A DNA stretch of 64,000 bases, taken from NCBI GenBank assembly GCA_027491915.1, contig JAOZGC010000002.1, positions 160,001 through 224,000 on the forward strand, given 5' to 3'. Below, in pieces: positions 37,311 through 47,041 of the stretch. The translations under genes were made by a program, and so were the position numbers. Each line of letters begins with the position of its first letter. The stretch's first letter is position 1. A model generated the notes under the pieces. The model was not told the origin of the DNA. It saw only the letters and a list, made by a program, of their open reading frames with translations, and ran no database searches. The DNA comes from Thermoproteota archaeon (GTDB taxonomy: Archaea; Korarchaeota; Korarchaeia; Korarchaeales; Korarchaeaceae).

Positions 37311-40253
37311 TTGGCCCGTATCAAGAGCAGCCGGGAGAAGTTTGACCCAAAAAAATACGAGGAGGAAGTACTCCGATTCTGGGAAGAGGGCAAAATCTAC
37401 GAGAAGCTGAGGGAGAGACTCAGGGGAGGCCCCAAGTTCTTCTTCCTTGACGGTCCTCCCTACCCCTCTGCCGAGGAGCCCCACCCCGGAACCCTATGGA
37501 ACAAGATCCTCAAGGACTCCGTCATAAGATTCCGCAGGTCCCTGGGTTTCGACGTGCTCGACAGGCCCGGGTGGGACACCCACGGCCTGCCCATCGAGGT
37601 GATGACGGAGAGAAGGTTGGGCCTGAGGTCAAAAAGAGAAATAGAAGAGAGAGGAATAGATAAGTTTATTAATGATTGTAGGTCTTTAGCCCTTCATAAC
37701 ATAGAAAAAATGGGAGATTGGTTTAGAGAGTTCGGAGTATCTATGAGGTGGGACGACGCCTACTTGACCCTCAAGCCGGAGTACATAGACAGCGCGTGGT
37801 GGGGGATCAAGAGGATCTGGGAGCAGGGGCGGCTGAAGCGGGGCCTCAAGGTGGTCCACTGGTGTCCGAGATGCGAGACCGTGCTCTCGGACTACGAGGT
37901 GAACGAGTACAGGAACCTTAAGGACCCTTCCATATACGTGAGATTCCAGCTGGAGGGGAGGCCCGGCGAGTACATCCTCGTGTGGACGACCACGCCCTGG
38001 ACCATACCGGCCAACGTGGCCGTCATGGTGCACCCCAACTTCACCTACGTCAGGGTGAGGGTGGACGACTCCACCTACCTGCTGGCTGAGCAGAGGCTGG
38101 AGGCGGTTGCCAGAGACGTCGGATGGCAGGATTACGAGGTGGTGGAGAGGCTGCCCGGCTCCGCCCTCGAGGGCCTACGTTACGTTCACCCCCTGAGGGA
38201 CCTGATACCCGCCCTGAGGTCTCTCGAGAGGGCGCACTTCGTCATACTCTCCGAAGAGTTCGTCACGCTTGATGAGGGAACGGGATGCGTTCACTCGGCT
38301 CCCGGCCACGGCAGGGAGGACTTCGAGGCCGCCCACGAGAGATACGGCCTGCCCGTGATATCCCCCGTCGACGACAGGGGAAGTTACACGGACGAGGCCG
38401 GGCCCCTAGCAGGGTTGCAGGTCAGGGAGGCCAACGACAGGGTCATTGACATGCTCAGGGAGAGGGGGGCCCTGGTGGCCTCCGGCTGGATAGTGCACAA
38501 GTATCCGGTCTGTTGGAGGTGCGGCACCCCCCTCATCATAAGGGCGACCGAGCAGTGGTTCATCAGGCTCGTCGACCTGAAGGAGAAGCTGATCTCCGAG
38601 GTCAAGGGGGTTAGGTGGGTTCCGGAGTGGGCTGGAGCCCGGAGATTCGTCAACTGGCTGGAGGACCTGGAGGACTGGGTTATCTCCCGCCAGAGATACT
38701 GGGGAACCCCCCTGCCCATATGGGTGTGCGAGAATTGCGGAGAGACCGTGGCCGTCGGGGGACTCAGGGAGTTGGCAGACATGGCAGGCGAGGTTCCGGA
38801 GGATCCCCACAGGCCCTGGGTGGATGGGGTAACCCTGAGGTGCCCGAAATGCGGCGGGGAGATGAGGAGGGTGGAGGACGTGCTCGACGTGTGGTACGAC
38901 TCGGGCGCCTCCTTCTTCGCCTCCCTGGGATACCCCTCCAGGAGAGACGAGTTCGACAGGTGGAGTCCGGTCGACTTCATAGTGGAGGGTCACGATCAGA
39001 TAAGGGGGTGGTTCTTCTCCCTCCTCAGGCTGGGCGTCCTGCTGTTCGGGAAGGCGCCCTACCGGTCAGTCCTGATGCATGGCTTCATGCTGGACGAGAG
39101 GGGGCAGGAGATGCACAAGTCCAAGGGGAACTACGAGCCCCCTAGCAGGATAGTTGAGAGGGCCGGCAGGGACGCCTTCCGCATATTCGTCCTGTCCAAG
39201 GTCCAGTGGAACGACATAAGATTCGTCTGGAGGGAGCTAGAGAACGTAGTCAGGAAGATGGGAATCATCTGGAACGTCTACAGCTTTGCCGGCCTCTACC
39301 TGTCCGACCTAGATCTGCCGGACTCGCCCGAGGGGGAGCTGGACTACTCGGACAGGTGGCTGCTCTCCAGATTCGGGAGCCTCAGGAGGAGGTTCCACTC
39401 GGCCATGGAATCTCTCTCGGTCCATGAGGCGGTCAACTCCCTGCTCAACTTCTACCTGGAAGATCTCAGCCATGGCTACCTGACCTTCGTGAGGAGAGAT
39501 CTGCGCCGCGGGGAAGAGGCCGTCAGGAGGAGGAGGGGGTCCGTCCTCCTCTACGTGCTGCTGAATTCACTCCCCATGCTGGCCGTGATCGCCCCCATAA
39601 TGGCAGAGAAGATCTACCTCTCCTTCTTCTCTTCGGAAGACATGCCAAAGAGCGTGAACTTCCTCGACTTCCCGGACGAGTCGGTGGAATCTTGGATAGA
39701 TGAGGGGCTGGAGGCAGACATGGCCACCGCCATGGAGGTCGCGAGGGCCGCGGCGGCCGCGAGGGCCTCCGCCGGGATAAAGAGGAGGCAGCCGCTGAGG
39801 GAGCTGGTAGTGGTCAGCGCGGATCCGAGGGTTCGATCCTCCCTCGAGAGGTTCTCCGACATACTGACGCTCGAGGCTAACGTGCGATCCGTCAGGATGG
39901 CCGAGGGGCCGCCCGAGGGAGATGGGTGGATCTCGTCCGGGTTCGACCGGGGGGAGGTCTACCTGTACTCCGTGCTGGGCCCGGAGGAGGTGAGGGAGGG
40001 GCTCGCCCGGGAAGTCATAAGGAGGATACAGCAGACCAGGAAAGAGATGGGTCTGACCGTGGGGGTGGAGAAAGTCGAGGTCAGGATAGAGACCGACGAC
40101 GAGACCTGGGACCTCCTGAGCGGCTCGCTCGATCGGGTGGCTGAGGAGACAGATTCCGCGGTCGTGTACCGAGGAGGGCCTGATGAGGGATTCTCCGGTC
40201 GGGTTTGGGACGTTGATGGGAGGTCGATCGGAATTTGGCTGAGGAGATTGTGA
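37311..40253 (+). CDS. ileS: Isoleucyl-tRNA synthetase (type 2)
   Basis: DGPPY, HPGT (HIGH), GWDTHGLPIE, WTTTPWT, GTGCVHSAPGHG, SRQRYWG, EGHDQIRGWF, EMHKS. Confidence 0.96.
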   Translation: MARIKSSREKFDPKKYEEEVLRFWEEGKIYEKLRERLRGGPKFFFLDGPPYPSAEEPHPGTLWNKILKDSVIRFRRSLGFDVLDRPGWDTHGLPIEVMTERRLGLRSKREIEERGIDKFINDCRSLALHNIEKMGDWFREFGVSMRWDDAYLTLKPEYIDSAWWGIKRIWEQGRLKRGLKVVHWCPRCETVLSDYEVNEYRNLKDPSIYVRFQLEGRPGEYILVWTTTPWTIPANVAVMVHPNFTYVRVRVDDSTYLLAEQRLEAVARDVGWQDYEVVERLPGSALEGLRYVHPLRDLIPALRSLERAHFVILSEEFVTLDEGTGCVHSAPGHGREDFEAAHERYGLPVISPVDDRGSYTDEAGPLAGLQVREANDRVIDMLRERGALVASGWIVHKYPVCWRCGTPLIIRATEQWFIRLVDLKEKLISEVKGVRWVPEWAGARRFVNWLEDLEDWVISRQRYWGTPLPIWVCENCGETVAVGGLRELADMAGEVPEDPHRPWVDGVTLRCPKCGGEMRRVEDVLDVWYDSGASFFASLGYPSRRDEFDRWSPVDFIVEGHDQIRGWFFSLLRLGVLLFGKAPYRSVLMHGFMLDERGQEMHKSKGNYEPPSRIVERAGRDAFRIFVLSKVQWNDIRFVWRELENVVRKMGIIWNVYSFAGLYLSDLDLPDSPEGELDYSDRWLLSRFGSLRRRFHSAMESLSVHEAVNSLLNFYLEDLSHGYLTFVRRDLRRGEEAVRRRRGSVLLYVLLNSLPMLAVIAPIMAEKIYLSFFSSEDMPKSVNFLDFPDESVESWIDEGLEADMATAMEVARAAAAARASAGIKRRQPLRELVVVSADPRVRSSLERFSDILTLEANVRSVRMAEGPPEGDGWISSGFDRGEVYLYSVLGPEEVREGLAREVIRRIQQTRKEMGLTVGVEKVEVRIETDDETWDLLSGSLDRVAEETDSAVVYRGGPDEGFSGRVWDVDGRSIGIWLRRL

Positions 40254-41512
40254 GGGTGGGGGGATGGGTTGCCGAGGTTCACGACGTGGGGAGGAGGTTG
40301 AGGTTCATACTGCTGCGTAGGGGTGAGGAGAGGTACCAGCTGACCCTGAAGAGAGGGGTCGTCGCCGAAGACCTCTTCAGGCTCACGGAGGATCTGCCCC
40401 AGGAGAGCGTGATCGAGGCGGAGGGCAGGATCGTCTCCGAGAAGGTAGCCAGGGGAGCGGACTTGGAGATCGTACCGGAGAGAATAGTCGTGCACTCCCT
40501 GGCGGACAGGAAGCTCCCGCTCGATCCCAACTGGAAGGTCAAGGCCCTGCTCCCGACCCGGCTTGACAATAGACCCCTCGACCTCAGGAGGCCCGAGGTC
40601 CAGGCGATCTTCAGGATAACCGCCTCCCTGGTCAGGGGAATGACCGACTGGTTGGATGAGAGGGGGTTCGTCAGGCTGTTCACTCCGGCCATAATCGGGG
40701 GGTACAGCGAGAGCGGCGCCGAGACGTTCAGAGTCCGATACTTCGATCAAACGGCCTATCTGAGGCAGGATCCACAACTTCACAGGCAGCTCGCCATAAT
40801 AGGGGGATTCGACAAGTTGTACGACCTAGGGACCAACTGGCGCGCGGAGCCAAGCCACACCACGAGGCACATAACGGAGTTCAGATCCATAGCCGTGGAG
40901 ATGGCCTTCATAAGAGACGAGAGAGACGTGATGAGGGTGGAGGAGGAGATGATCCGGGCCGGCATCGAGAGGGTGGTCGAGGAGAGACAGAGGGAGCTGG
41001 AGATCCTGGGAGTGGATCTTACAGTCCCCCGGACTCCCTTCCCCGAGCTGAGGTTCCCCGAGGTGTACGACATCCTGAAATCGCGCGGTAAGGACATACC
41101 CTACGGGGAGGACTACGACACGGAGTCCGAGAGGATAATCTGCTCCTACGCCAGGGAGGAGCTTGGATCCGAGTTCGTCTTCGTCAACAGATTTCCTTTC
41201 TCGGCCAAGCCATTCTACGTGATGAAGGCCGATCCCCCTTGGGCCAGGAGCGTGGACCTACTATACAGGGGATTGGAACTGAGTTCTGGAGGACAGAGGG
41301 AGCACAGGCACGAAGTCCTGGTTTCCCAACTGGTGGAAAAGGGAATGAACCCCAAATCCATGGAGTGGTTCACTAAATTCTTCCGCTACGGCGCTCCTCC
41401 CCATGGGGGCTTCGCTCTGGGCATAGAGAGACTGATAACCCAGATGCTGGGACTCGGGAATATCAGAGAGGCGGCCCTCTTCCCCAGAGATCCCTCTAGG
41501 GTGCTTCCCTGA
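40235..41512 (+). CDS. aspS: Aspartyl-tRNA synthetase (archaeal, probably non-discriminating)
   Basis: RLDNRPLDLR, YLRQDPQL, WRAEPSHTTRH, KPFY, ELSSGGQREH, PPHGGFALGIER, FPRDP. Confidence 0.93.
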   Translation: MAEEIVRVGGWVAEVHDVGRRLRFILLRRGEERYQLTLKRGVVAEDLFRLTEDLPQESVIEAEGRIVSEKVARGADLEIVPERIVVHSLADRKLPLDPNWKVKALLPTRLDNRPLDLRRPEVQAIFRITASLVRGMTDWLDERGFVRLFTPAIIGGYSESGAETFRVRYFDQTAYLRQDPQLHRQLAIIGGFDKLYDLGTNWRAEPSHTTRHITEFRSIAVEMAFIRDERDVMRVEEEMIRAGIERVVEERQRELEILGVDLTVPRTPFPELRFPEVYDILKSRGKDIPYGEDYDTESERIICSYAREELGSEFVFVNRFPFSAKPFYVMKADPPWARSVDLLYRGLELSSGGQREHRHEVLVSQLVEKGMNPKSMEWFTKFFRYGAPPHGGFALGIERLITQMLGLGNIREAALFPRDPSRVLP

Positions 41513-43073
41513 GGACCTCCCTCCCTATGGTCCTGTCCCTGTACACCTCCAGCACCATCCCCTCGACCCTCACCGGCTCGGTGGATCTGGCCACCTCGAG
41601 GGCCTTCTGGAGCTTGGACTGCCGCTCGGCGTATATCTCTATAAGGGGATCACCCGCCTCCACCCTGTCTCCCCTCTTTGCGAAGATCTTCACCCCTGCC
41701 CCCTTGTCCCCCGGCGCCCCCGCGGCCCTAGCTATCCTGACTATCGCCCTGTTCGATACGGCGGCCACGTATCCGGAGCTCTTCGCCCTTATCTGCGCGA
41801 CGTGCTCTCCGACGGGCACATCCTCGGGCTTCACATCGGGATCTCCTCCCTGGGCCTCTATTATTTCTCTCATCTTCTCGTAGGCTCTCCCGGTCTCCAA
41901 AATCTCCTTGGCCATTTTCTCACCGGCGCCAATGGCCGCCGCGCCTCCCATCTCGAGCAGCATCCCGGCTATGGCCACCGCCTTCTCTATCACGCTCCTG
42001 GATCCCCTGCCCCCGCTGGACAGTATCTCCAGGGCCTCTCGCGCCTCGAGCGCCGGTCCCACGCACCTGCCAACCGGCTGTCCTCCGTAGGATATCGCCA
42101 CCTGGGTCTCTATACCGAGCCTCTCGCCGAGTTCTATCAGGTTCCTGGCCATCCTCCTGGCCTCCTTGAAAGACTCGACCTTGGCCTCGGAGCCGACCGG
42201 AATGTCGAGAACGAGCCTTTTGACCCCAGCCGCCCTCTTCTTCGACATTATAGAGGCGTATATCAGGCTCTCGGGGTCTATTGATAGGGGATACTCCACC
42301 TTCCTTATGAAGATCCCGTCCACCGGGGACAGGTTGGCCCCCGCGGCCCAGGAGATGGACCCGCCGACCCTCTTGGTTATCTCCACTATCTCGCCGGGAG
42401 TCAGGTCCACCGGGGCCAGGACCTCCATGGTATCGACCGTCCCGGCTGGGCTCATTATGGCCCTGGTGCTCGTCTTCGGCATGAAGAGGCCCGCGGCGGC
42501 GACTATCGGGACAACTATGAGAGCGTCCTTGCTGTTGCCCGGGACGCCGCCGACGCTGTGCTTATCCACCACCAGGTAATCCCCGAAGTCCAGCCTGCTC
42601 CCGACGTCCGCCATGGCCCTGGTGAGGGCCTCCACCTCCTCCATGCTCATCCCGTGGTGATCCAGGCTGACCACGAAGGCCGTCAGCTCGACGTCGCTCA
42701 GCATCCCGTCGTAGACGTCCCTCACCAGGTCGAATATCTCCTTCTCCTCGAGCCTCTCTCCGCGCATCTTTTTCTTCACTGTGGCCACGGAGGGCGGTGG
42801 TGGAATCACCTCCACCGTGACCCGGTCGCCCTCCCTCAGGGGGAGCCTCCTCAAGACGTCGGAGAAGACCCCGAGCTCTCCCCTGCCAACGACGTCGTCC
42901 GACTCGGCGACGCTCGTGAGCGCCACCGCGTAGCTGTCCCCCTTGGCCACCTTGACCCTGTCGTGGGGCGACGCCCCGACCGCCTCCGCATCGGCCGAGT
43001 TCATCACGACGCGGGACTCTCCTATGGACACGTTGAACCTCTTGACCGTCAGCTCCAGGTTATCCAGCCCCAT
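41496..43073 (-). CDS. AMP/NMP phosphorylase
   Basis: N-terminal double-psi domain, DKHSVGGVPGN, KTSTRAIMSPAGT, SIMSKK, GPALEA, AQGG, AGAP.DKGAG. Confidence 0.92.
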   Translation of the reverse strand: MGLDNLELTVKRFNVSIGESRVVMNSADAEAVGASPHDRVKVAKGDSYAVALTSVAESDDVVGRGELGVFSDVLRRLPLREGDRVTVEVIPPPPSVATVKKKMRGERLEEKEIFDLVRDVYDGMLSDVELTAFVVSLDHHGMSMEEVEALTRAMADVGSRLDFGDYLVVDKHSVGGVPGNSKDALIVVPIVAAAGLFMPKTSTRAIMSPAGTVDTMEVLAPVDLTPGEIVEITKRVGGSISWAAGANLSPVDGIFIRKVEYPLSIDPESLIYASIMSKKRAAGVKRLVLDIPVGSEAKVESFKEARRMARNLIELGERLGIETQVAISYGGQPVGRCVGPALEAREALEILSSGGRGSRSVIEKAVAIAGMLLEMGGAAAIGAGEKMAKEILETGRAYEKMREIIEAQGGDPDVKPEDVPVGEHVAQIRAKSSGYVAAVSNRAIVRIARAAGAPGDKGAGVKIFAKRGDRVEAGDPLIEIYAERQSKLQKALEVARSTEPVRVEGMVLEVYRDRTIGREVLREAP

Positions 43074-43127
43074 CCCCCCCTCGCCGCCGGCCCGGCATTA
43101 AATACCTACGGCACCCACTTTGGAGAG

Positions 43128-45638
43128 ATGCCCAGGAACCCTTGGGCCGCCGCCCTCTTGGCGATGCTCCCGGCCGCAGCCGTACCGACCCACTCTGCCC
43201 CGCAGGTCGGTCCGCAGCATTTCGGGATTGCCGTGCCGGGAGGTTTTGCGGCCTACCTGCTGAGGGGGAGTCTCGACGGCGTTGCCGTCTCGGTGCCCGG
43301 CGCCGACTGGTCCGTCATGTCGAAGCCGGTCATCGCGATCAGGTCGGCGGGCGAGGTCTCCCTAGCAGAGGGATGGAACGATCTAGAACTCGAACCATCC
43401 ATCGGTTGCTCTGGCCTCTACGTCTCGTCCTCCGGTTCAGGGGGGCGCCACGAGATCTTCTGCTTCGAGAGGGTGGAGGTTCCCCTCCCCGGCGCGGTTG
43501 AGGTATCCAAGGTGCTGCTGAGCTTCAACCTCACGGGGGAGGGGAGGGAAATCTCCGTTGGAGTTAGGTCCCAGCCCATATCGGACTTTCAAGTGATCGC
43601 CGCCGAGGAGAACGGGACGGCCGAGGTGGAGGTCGGGGAGAGGACCTACAGGGGGAGGTGGATTGCGGCGCTCAGGGGGTGGCTCTTCTCCTCGTCTAGG
43701 AAACTCATGCTCCTCAGCCTGGGAGGGACGCTTCGAAACTATACGGTTCTTCTTCAGACCGTATCAAATTCTCCCATAGAGTTGGATCTCTCGGATAGAG
43801 TTTCCGGCGTCGTTGCGGTCATGTTGGAGCCGGCGCCCAACAAGACCGTCGTGAGAATAGCCCGAGGCGGCCCAATACCGGCGGGCAGAGACCTGTCTCT
43901 AAGCGGGGATATGCCCGGAATTTTCCTGTGGCTCTTGGGTGGGGAGGATTTCCCAACGGAAGCGGAGATACTATCGCTGGAATTGGAGAGGGACCTTTCG
44001 GAGCTGGTCGTCAAAGTACCGGACAACGTCACGGCGGGCGATTACGAAGTGCGGGCCGGCGGCGCCGACCTGGATCTCTCCGTGGTTCCCCGCCCCGGAG
44101 ATGGGGGGATGCGCGTTCAGATACCAACGAGGCTGTCCGCCGGATCCAGGTTCACGATGAAGATGTTACCCCCACCCAACCCCAACGGTTCCGAGATAAT
44201 CCTGCTCAGCGAGATACTCCCATACGCGATAGTGATGAACCTCTCGAGGCTCCCTCCATACGCCTTCGACGTCTCCATCGACATACCACACTCCTCCGTT
44301 GACCTGTCCTCCGAGGTTATGTTGTCGGTGCTCTCCGGGGGAGAGCTGGCGGTCCAGGAGAGGAGGCCGGTGTCCCTGTTAGGATCGGTCAGGGTGAGCG
44401 TCGGTGGTCCGGAGATTTACTCCCTGATTGGAGAACCCATCGAGTTGGAGATACTAAACATGGGAACCAGGCCGCTGACGGTGGTCAACGTCACGCCGGT
44501 GCTGGACGGCGAGCCCGGCGAGACCCTCGACGTGAACCTCACTATCGGCCCCATGACCTCCTCCGACCTGGAGTTGAACGTCGACGTCTCCCCAGGCGAA
44601 CACGAGCTCTCCGTCCTGCTGGGGGTTCAAGATCCCCCCTGGAGCGGGCTGCTGGGGCACGGTCCCGAAAGGCTGATCGCGGCGGAGGCCGCGGCGGAGG
44701 TATATTTGGTCGGAGGGGAGAGGCTCAGGATTGGTGAGCCGGTCAATCTGACCCTAGAGATACGCCCCAACGTTCCCATGAGCGAGCTATCGGTGAGTTT
44801 GAACGTAACCGGTGCGGAATTCAACCTGTCTGGGAGGAATCTGAGCTGGAAGGATCTATCTCCCGGGCGGAGCGTCTCGATCCCCATAATCCTGCTGTCC
44901 GAGGATCCGGGGTCCGCGGAGATAGCGGTCGAGGGGAGGTTCCTGATGCATGGGAGGGAGGGAGTCTTCACCCGGAAGCTGACGGTCGAGTTCGGTGGGA
45001 TAACCGGGAGGGCCGTGGCATCCGTCAATTCCTCCGTCGTTTCGCCCGGATCACCCATCTCGCTGAAGATATCCGTGCTCGGTCCTCCGGGGAGCGTAAC
45101 GGTCATCGTCCCGGAGGGGTTCACCTCGCCGAACGCATCCGATGGGGTCATCGAGCTCCCCTCACCCGGGACCTTCGAGATACCCCTGAGGGCGGAGGCG
45201 AGTCCGGGGACATACCTACTGCCGCTCATGGTCAGGATCGGGAACTCCTCCATTCCGGTCGATCCGGCCGAGATAGTGATCTCAGAATCGACGTCGGGAG
45301 AGGTCAAACACCTACTGGCGAGGCTCCTTGATCTGAAGCGACGGTACAACAGCCTGAGGGAGCTCGGCCGGGGTGAGATATACGTTGTCGTCGGCGGAAA
45401 GAACATGACAGCGGCTGCGGCCCTGTCTCTCGCGTCGAATCTAATAGACTCAGGCCGCTACTCGGAGGCGTCCGAGGTGCTCGACTCGATCGAGGACGGG
45501 CTGGGGGGAGGGGTCTGGGGGGGCCTTGAGTTGGACGAGCCTGACCTGCTCCTGGCTCTGACCGTCATTGGATCGGCCTTGATGATCCTCCTCTCGTCCG
45601 TGAGGAGGGTTTCGGATTGGGATGGTTCGAGGAGTTAG
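43128..45638 (+). CDS. Large exported multi-Ig/CARDB-like surface protein with C-terminal TM anchor
   Basis: Signal-like N-terminus from ATG 43128, beta-rich repeats, many N-x-S/T sequons, helical segment then C-terminal TM. Confidence 0.7.
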   Translation: MPRNPWAAALLAMLPAAAVPTHSAPQVGPQHFGIAVPGGFAAYLLRGSLDGVAVSVPGADWSVMSKPVIAIRSAGEVSLAEGWNDLELEPSIGCSGLYVSSSGSGGRHEIFCFERVEVPLPGAVEVSKVLLSFNLTGEGREISVGVRSQPISDFQVIAAEENGTAEVEVGERTYRGRWIAALRGWLFSSSRKLMLLSLGGTLRNYTVLLQTVSNSPIELDLSDRVSGVVAVMLEPAPNKTVVRIARGGPIPAGRDLSLSGDMPGIFLWLLGGEDFPTEAEILSLELERDLSELVVKVPDNVTAGDYEVRAGGADLDLSVVPRPGDGGMRVQIPTRLSAGSRFTMKMLPPPNPNGSEIILLSEILPYAIVMNLSRLPPYAFDVSIDIPHSSVDLSSEVMLSVLSGGELAVQERRPVSLLGSVRVSVGGPEIYSLIGEPIELEILNMGTRPLTVVNVTPVLDGEPGETLDVNLTIGPMTSSDLELNVDVSPGEHELSVLLGVQDPPWSGLLGHGPERLIAAEAAAEVYLVGGERLRIGEPVNLTLEIRPNVPMSELSVSLNVTGAEFNLSGRNLSWKDLSPGRSVSIPIILLSEDPGSAEIAVEGRFLMHGREGVFTRKLTVEFGGITGRAVASVNSSVVSPGSPISLKISVLGPPGSVTVIVPEGFTSPNASDGVIELPSPGTFEIPLRAEASPGTYLLPLMVRIGNSSIPVDPAEIVISESTSGEVKHLLARLLDLKRRYNSLRELGRGEIYVVVGGKNMTAAAALSLASNLIDSGRYSEASEVLDSIEDGLGGGVWGGLELDEPDLLLALTVIGSALMILLSSVRRVSDWDGSRS

Positions 45639-46633
45639 GATCGGCTGCCGCCGAGGCTATCACGAACTCGGCGGAGTCTTCTGGCCATCTGCTCGTCTTC
45701 TACCCTCCCTCTGTGGACGGGGTGGCGGCCGCCTTCCTGATCAGGGCCGCGCTGGAAGAGAGCTCCGTGGAAACGTCGTCGTTTCCGACCAGGCCGGAGG
45801 GCCTGCTCACCACTCTGGAAGAATCCCTTCGGATCGACTCGGAGGGCGCCGCCCTGGTGCTGTGCAATCCGCCTCCCCCCTCCCTGGCGCAACTCTCCAC
45901 GGAGGTCTTCCAATCCCTGGTGGTGTTGGACTCGAGCCTGCCTGGGGCCCCGGACCTCAGGGGCCTAGGGGTGAGGATCAACCCACTCCTCCTGGGCTGG
46001 CCGGAGCTCCCCTGCTCCCTCATATCCTTGGCCGCGGCCGTGCATATGGCGCCGGACACGGCCACCCTCTGCTGGATCGGCCTCTTGGGATTCATGTTCG
46101 AGGGAGAATACTCCTCCGTCGCGGGGGGAATTTCAATCCCAGGGAGGCCGCCGTCGTGGGGCGAGGTCCACCGACTGCGGACGATCCTCGCCGGCGCCCT
46201 TCTGGCGGAGCCGGAATCAGCCCCTCACCTGATCCAGGGGGTGCTGATGGAAGTCTGGGACGATCCATACCGCCTCCTAATTGGTCGGTCGGCGACCGTG
46301 GAGATCGTCAGGGCGAGTTCTCAGAAGGCCGCCGAGGGCGCGAGGAGGTCGGTCGCCGCGAGACGGATGGGTCCTTTCTCCGTCGTGGAGACCGAGCCGG
46401 ACCGTCGGCTGCCGCTGGCCGACCTCCTCGCCGGAGACGGCCCCGCCTTGATCTACGACGACGACGGGATAGTGGCCCATGCATCCGTGCGTAGACACGG
46501 AGTTTCCGCGATGGAGAGATTTCTCTCCCTGAACGTTGGAGATTTTTACGTGTCTGGTGGGGGCAGGGAGGCCGAGATCGTCGCGAGATCTTCCCTGATG
46601 GGTCTCATATTCGACGCGCTGCTGGGCCGGTGA
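45617..46633 (+). CDS. Degenerate DHH-family (RecJ/Cdc45-like) protein
   Basis: VFYPPSVDGVAAA resembles DHH motif I; LVVLDSS at the DHH position; INP downstream; GGGREA resembles the DHHA1 GGGH motif. Confidence 0.5.
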   Translation: MGWFEELGSAAAEAITNSAESSGHLLVFYPPSVDGVAAAFLIRAALEESSVETSSFPTRPEGLLTTLEESLRIDSEGAALVLCNPPPPSLAQLSTEVFQSLVVLDSSLPGAPDLRGLGVRINPLLLGWPELPCSLISLAAAVHMAPDTATLCWIGLLGFMFEGEYSSVAGGISIPGRPPSWGEVHRLRTILAGALLAEPESAPHLIQGVLMEVWDDPYRLLIGRSATVEIVRASSQKAAEGARRSVAARRMGPFSVVETEPDRRLPLADLLAGDGPALIYDDDGIVAHASVRRHGVSAMERFLSLNVGDFYVSGGGREAEIVARSSLMGLIFDALLGR

Positions 46634-46696
46634 ACGCGCCGCGCTCAGGTATCGTTTTATCCTGTGCGGGTCAGCCGCCGCGGGCCTTGGGAGGTC

Positions 46697-47029
46697 GTGG
46701 CGTTGACTCTCCGGGTTGCTGTTGCGACCGATGATGGAAATAAGGTAAAGGAAGATGAGTTTCATAGGGCAAAATATTTTGCCATATTCGATTTAACAGG
46801 TAGGAGCCCGACGAGGGTGGAGCTCAGGGTCAACACGAGGAGGGACAGGAAGGAACCCGCCTCCGTGCTCGAGATACTAAGGGACTGCGAGGTCCTGGTG
46901 GCCGGCAGCATAGACGATGAGAGCAGGGAGATCATGGAGTCCCTCGGCGTGATCGCCCACGCGACCAAGCGGGAGTCAGTCGAATCCGCGGTTCTTGAGA
47001 TAGCGGAGGGAATCTCCAAGCTTTCCTGA
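46697..47029 (+). CDS. NifX/NifB-like (COG1433) small protein
   Basis: RVAVATDDG...FHRAKYFAIFD...DCEVLVAGSI; start uncertain. Confidence 0.75.
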   Translation: MALTLRVAVATDDGNKVKEDEFHRAKYFAIFDLTGRSPTRVELRVNTRRDRKEPASVLEILRDCEVLVAGSIDDESREIMESLGVIAHATKRESVESAVLEIAEGISKLS

Positions 47030-47041
47030 ATTCTCCGATCG

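Noticed and set aside
39810-39850. GGTTCGATCC T-loop-like sequence
   Set aside because: Inside the ileS coding frame; no cloverleaf can be built around it.
42558-43127. N-terminal 190 aa of the 1026-aa ORF
   Set aside because: Antisense shadow of AMP phosphorylase; a TATA (ATTAAATA ~43097) and signal peptide support the start at 43128.
46697-47029. NifX-like protein as a sign of nitrogen fixation
   Set aside because: Stand-alone COG1433 proteins are common in non-diazotrophs, and there are no nif genes here.
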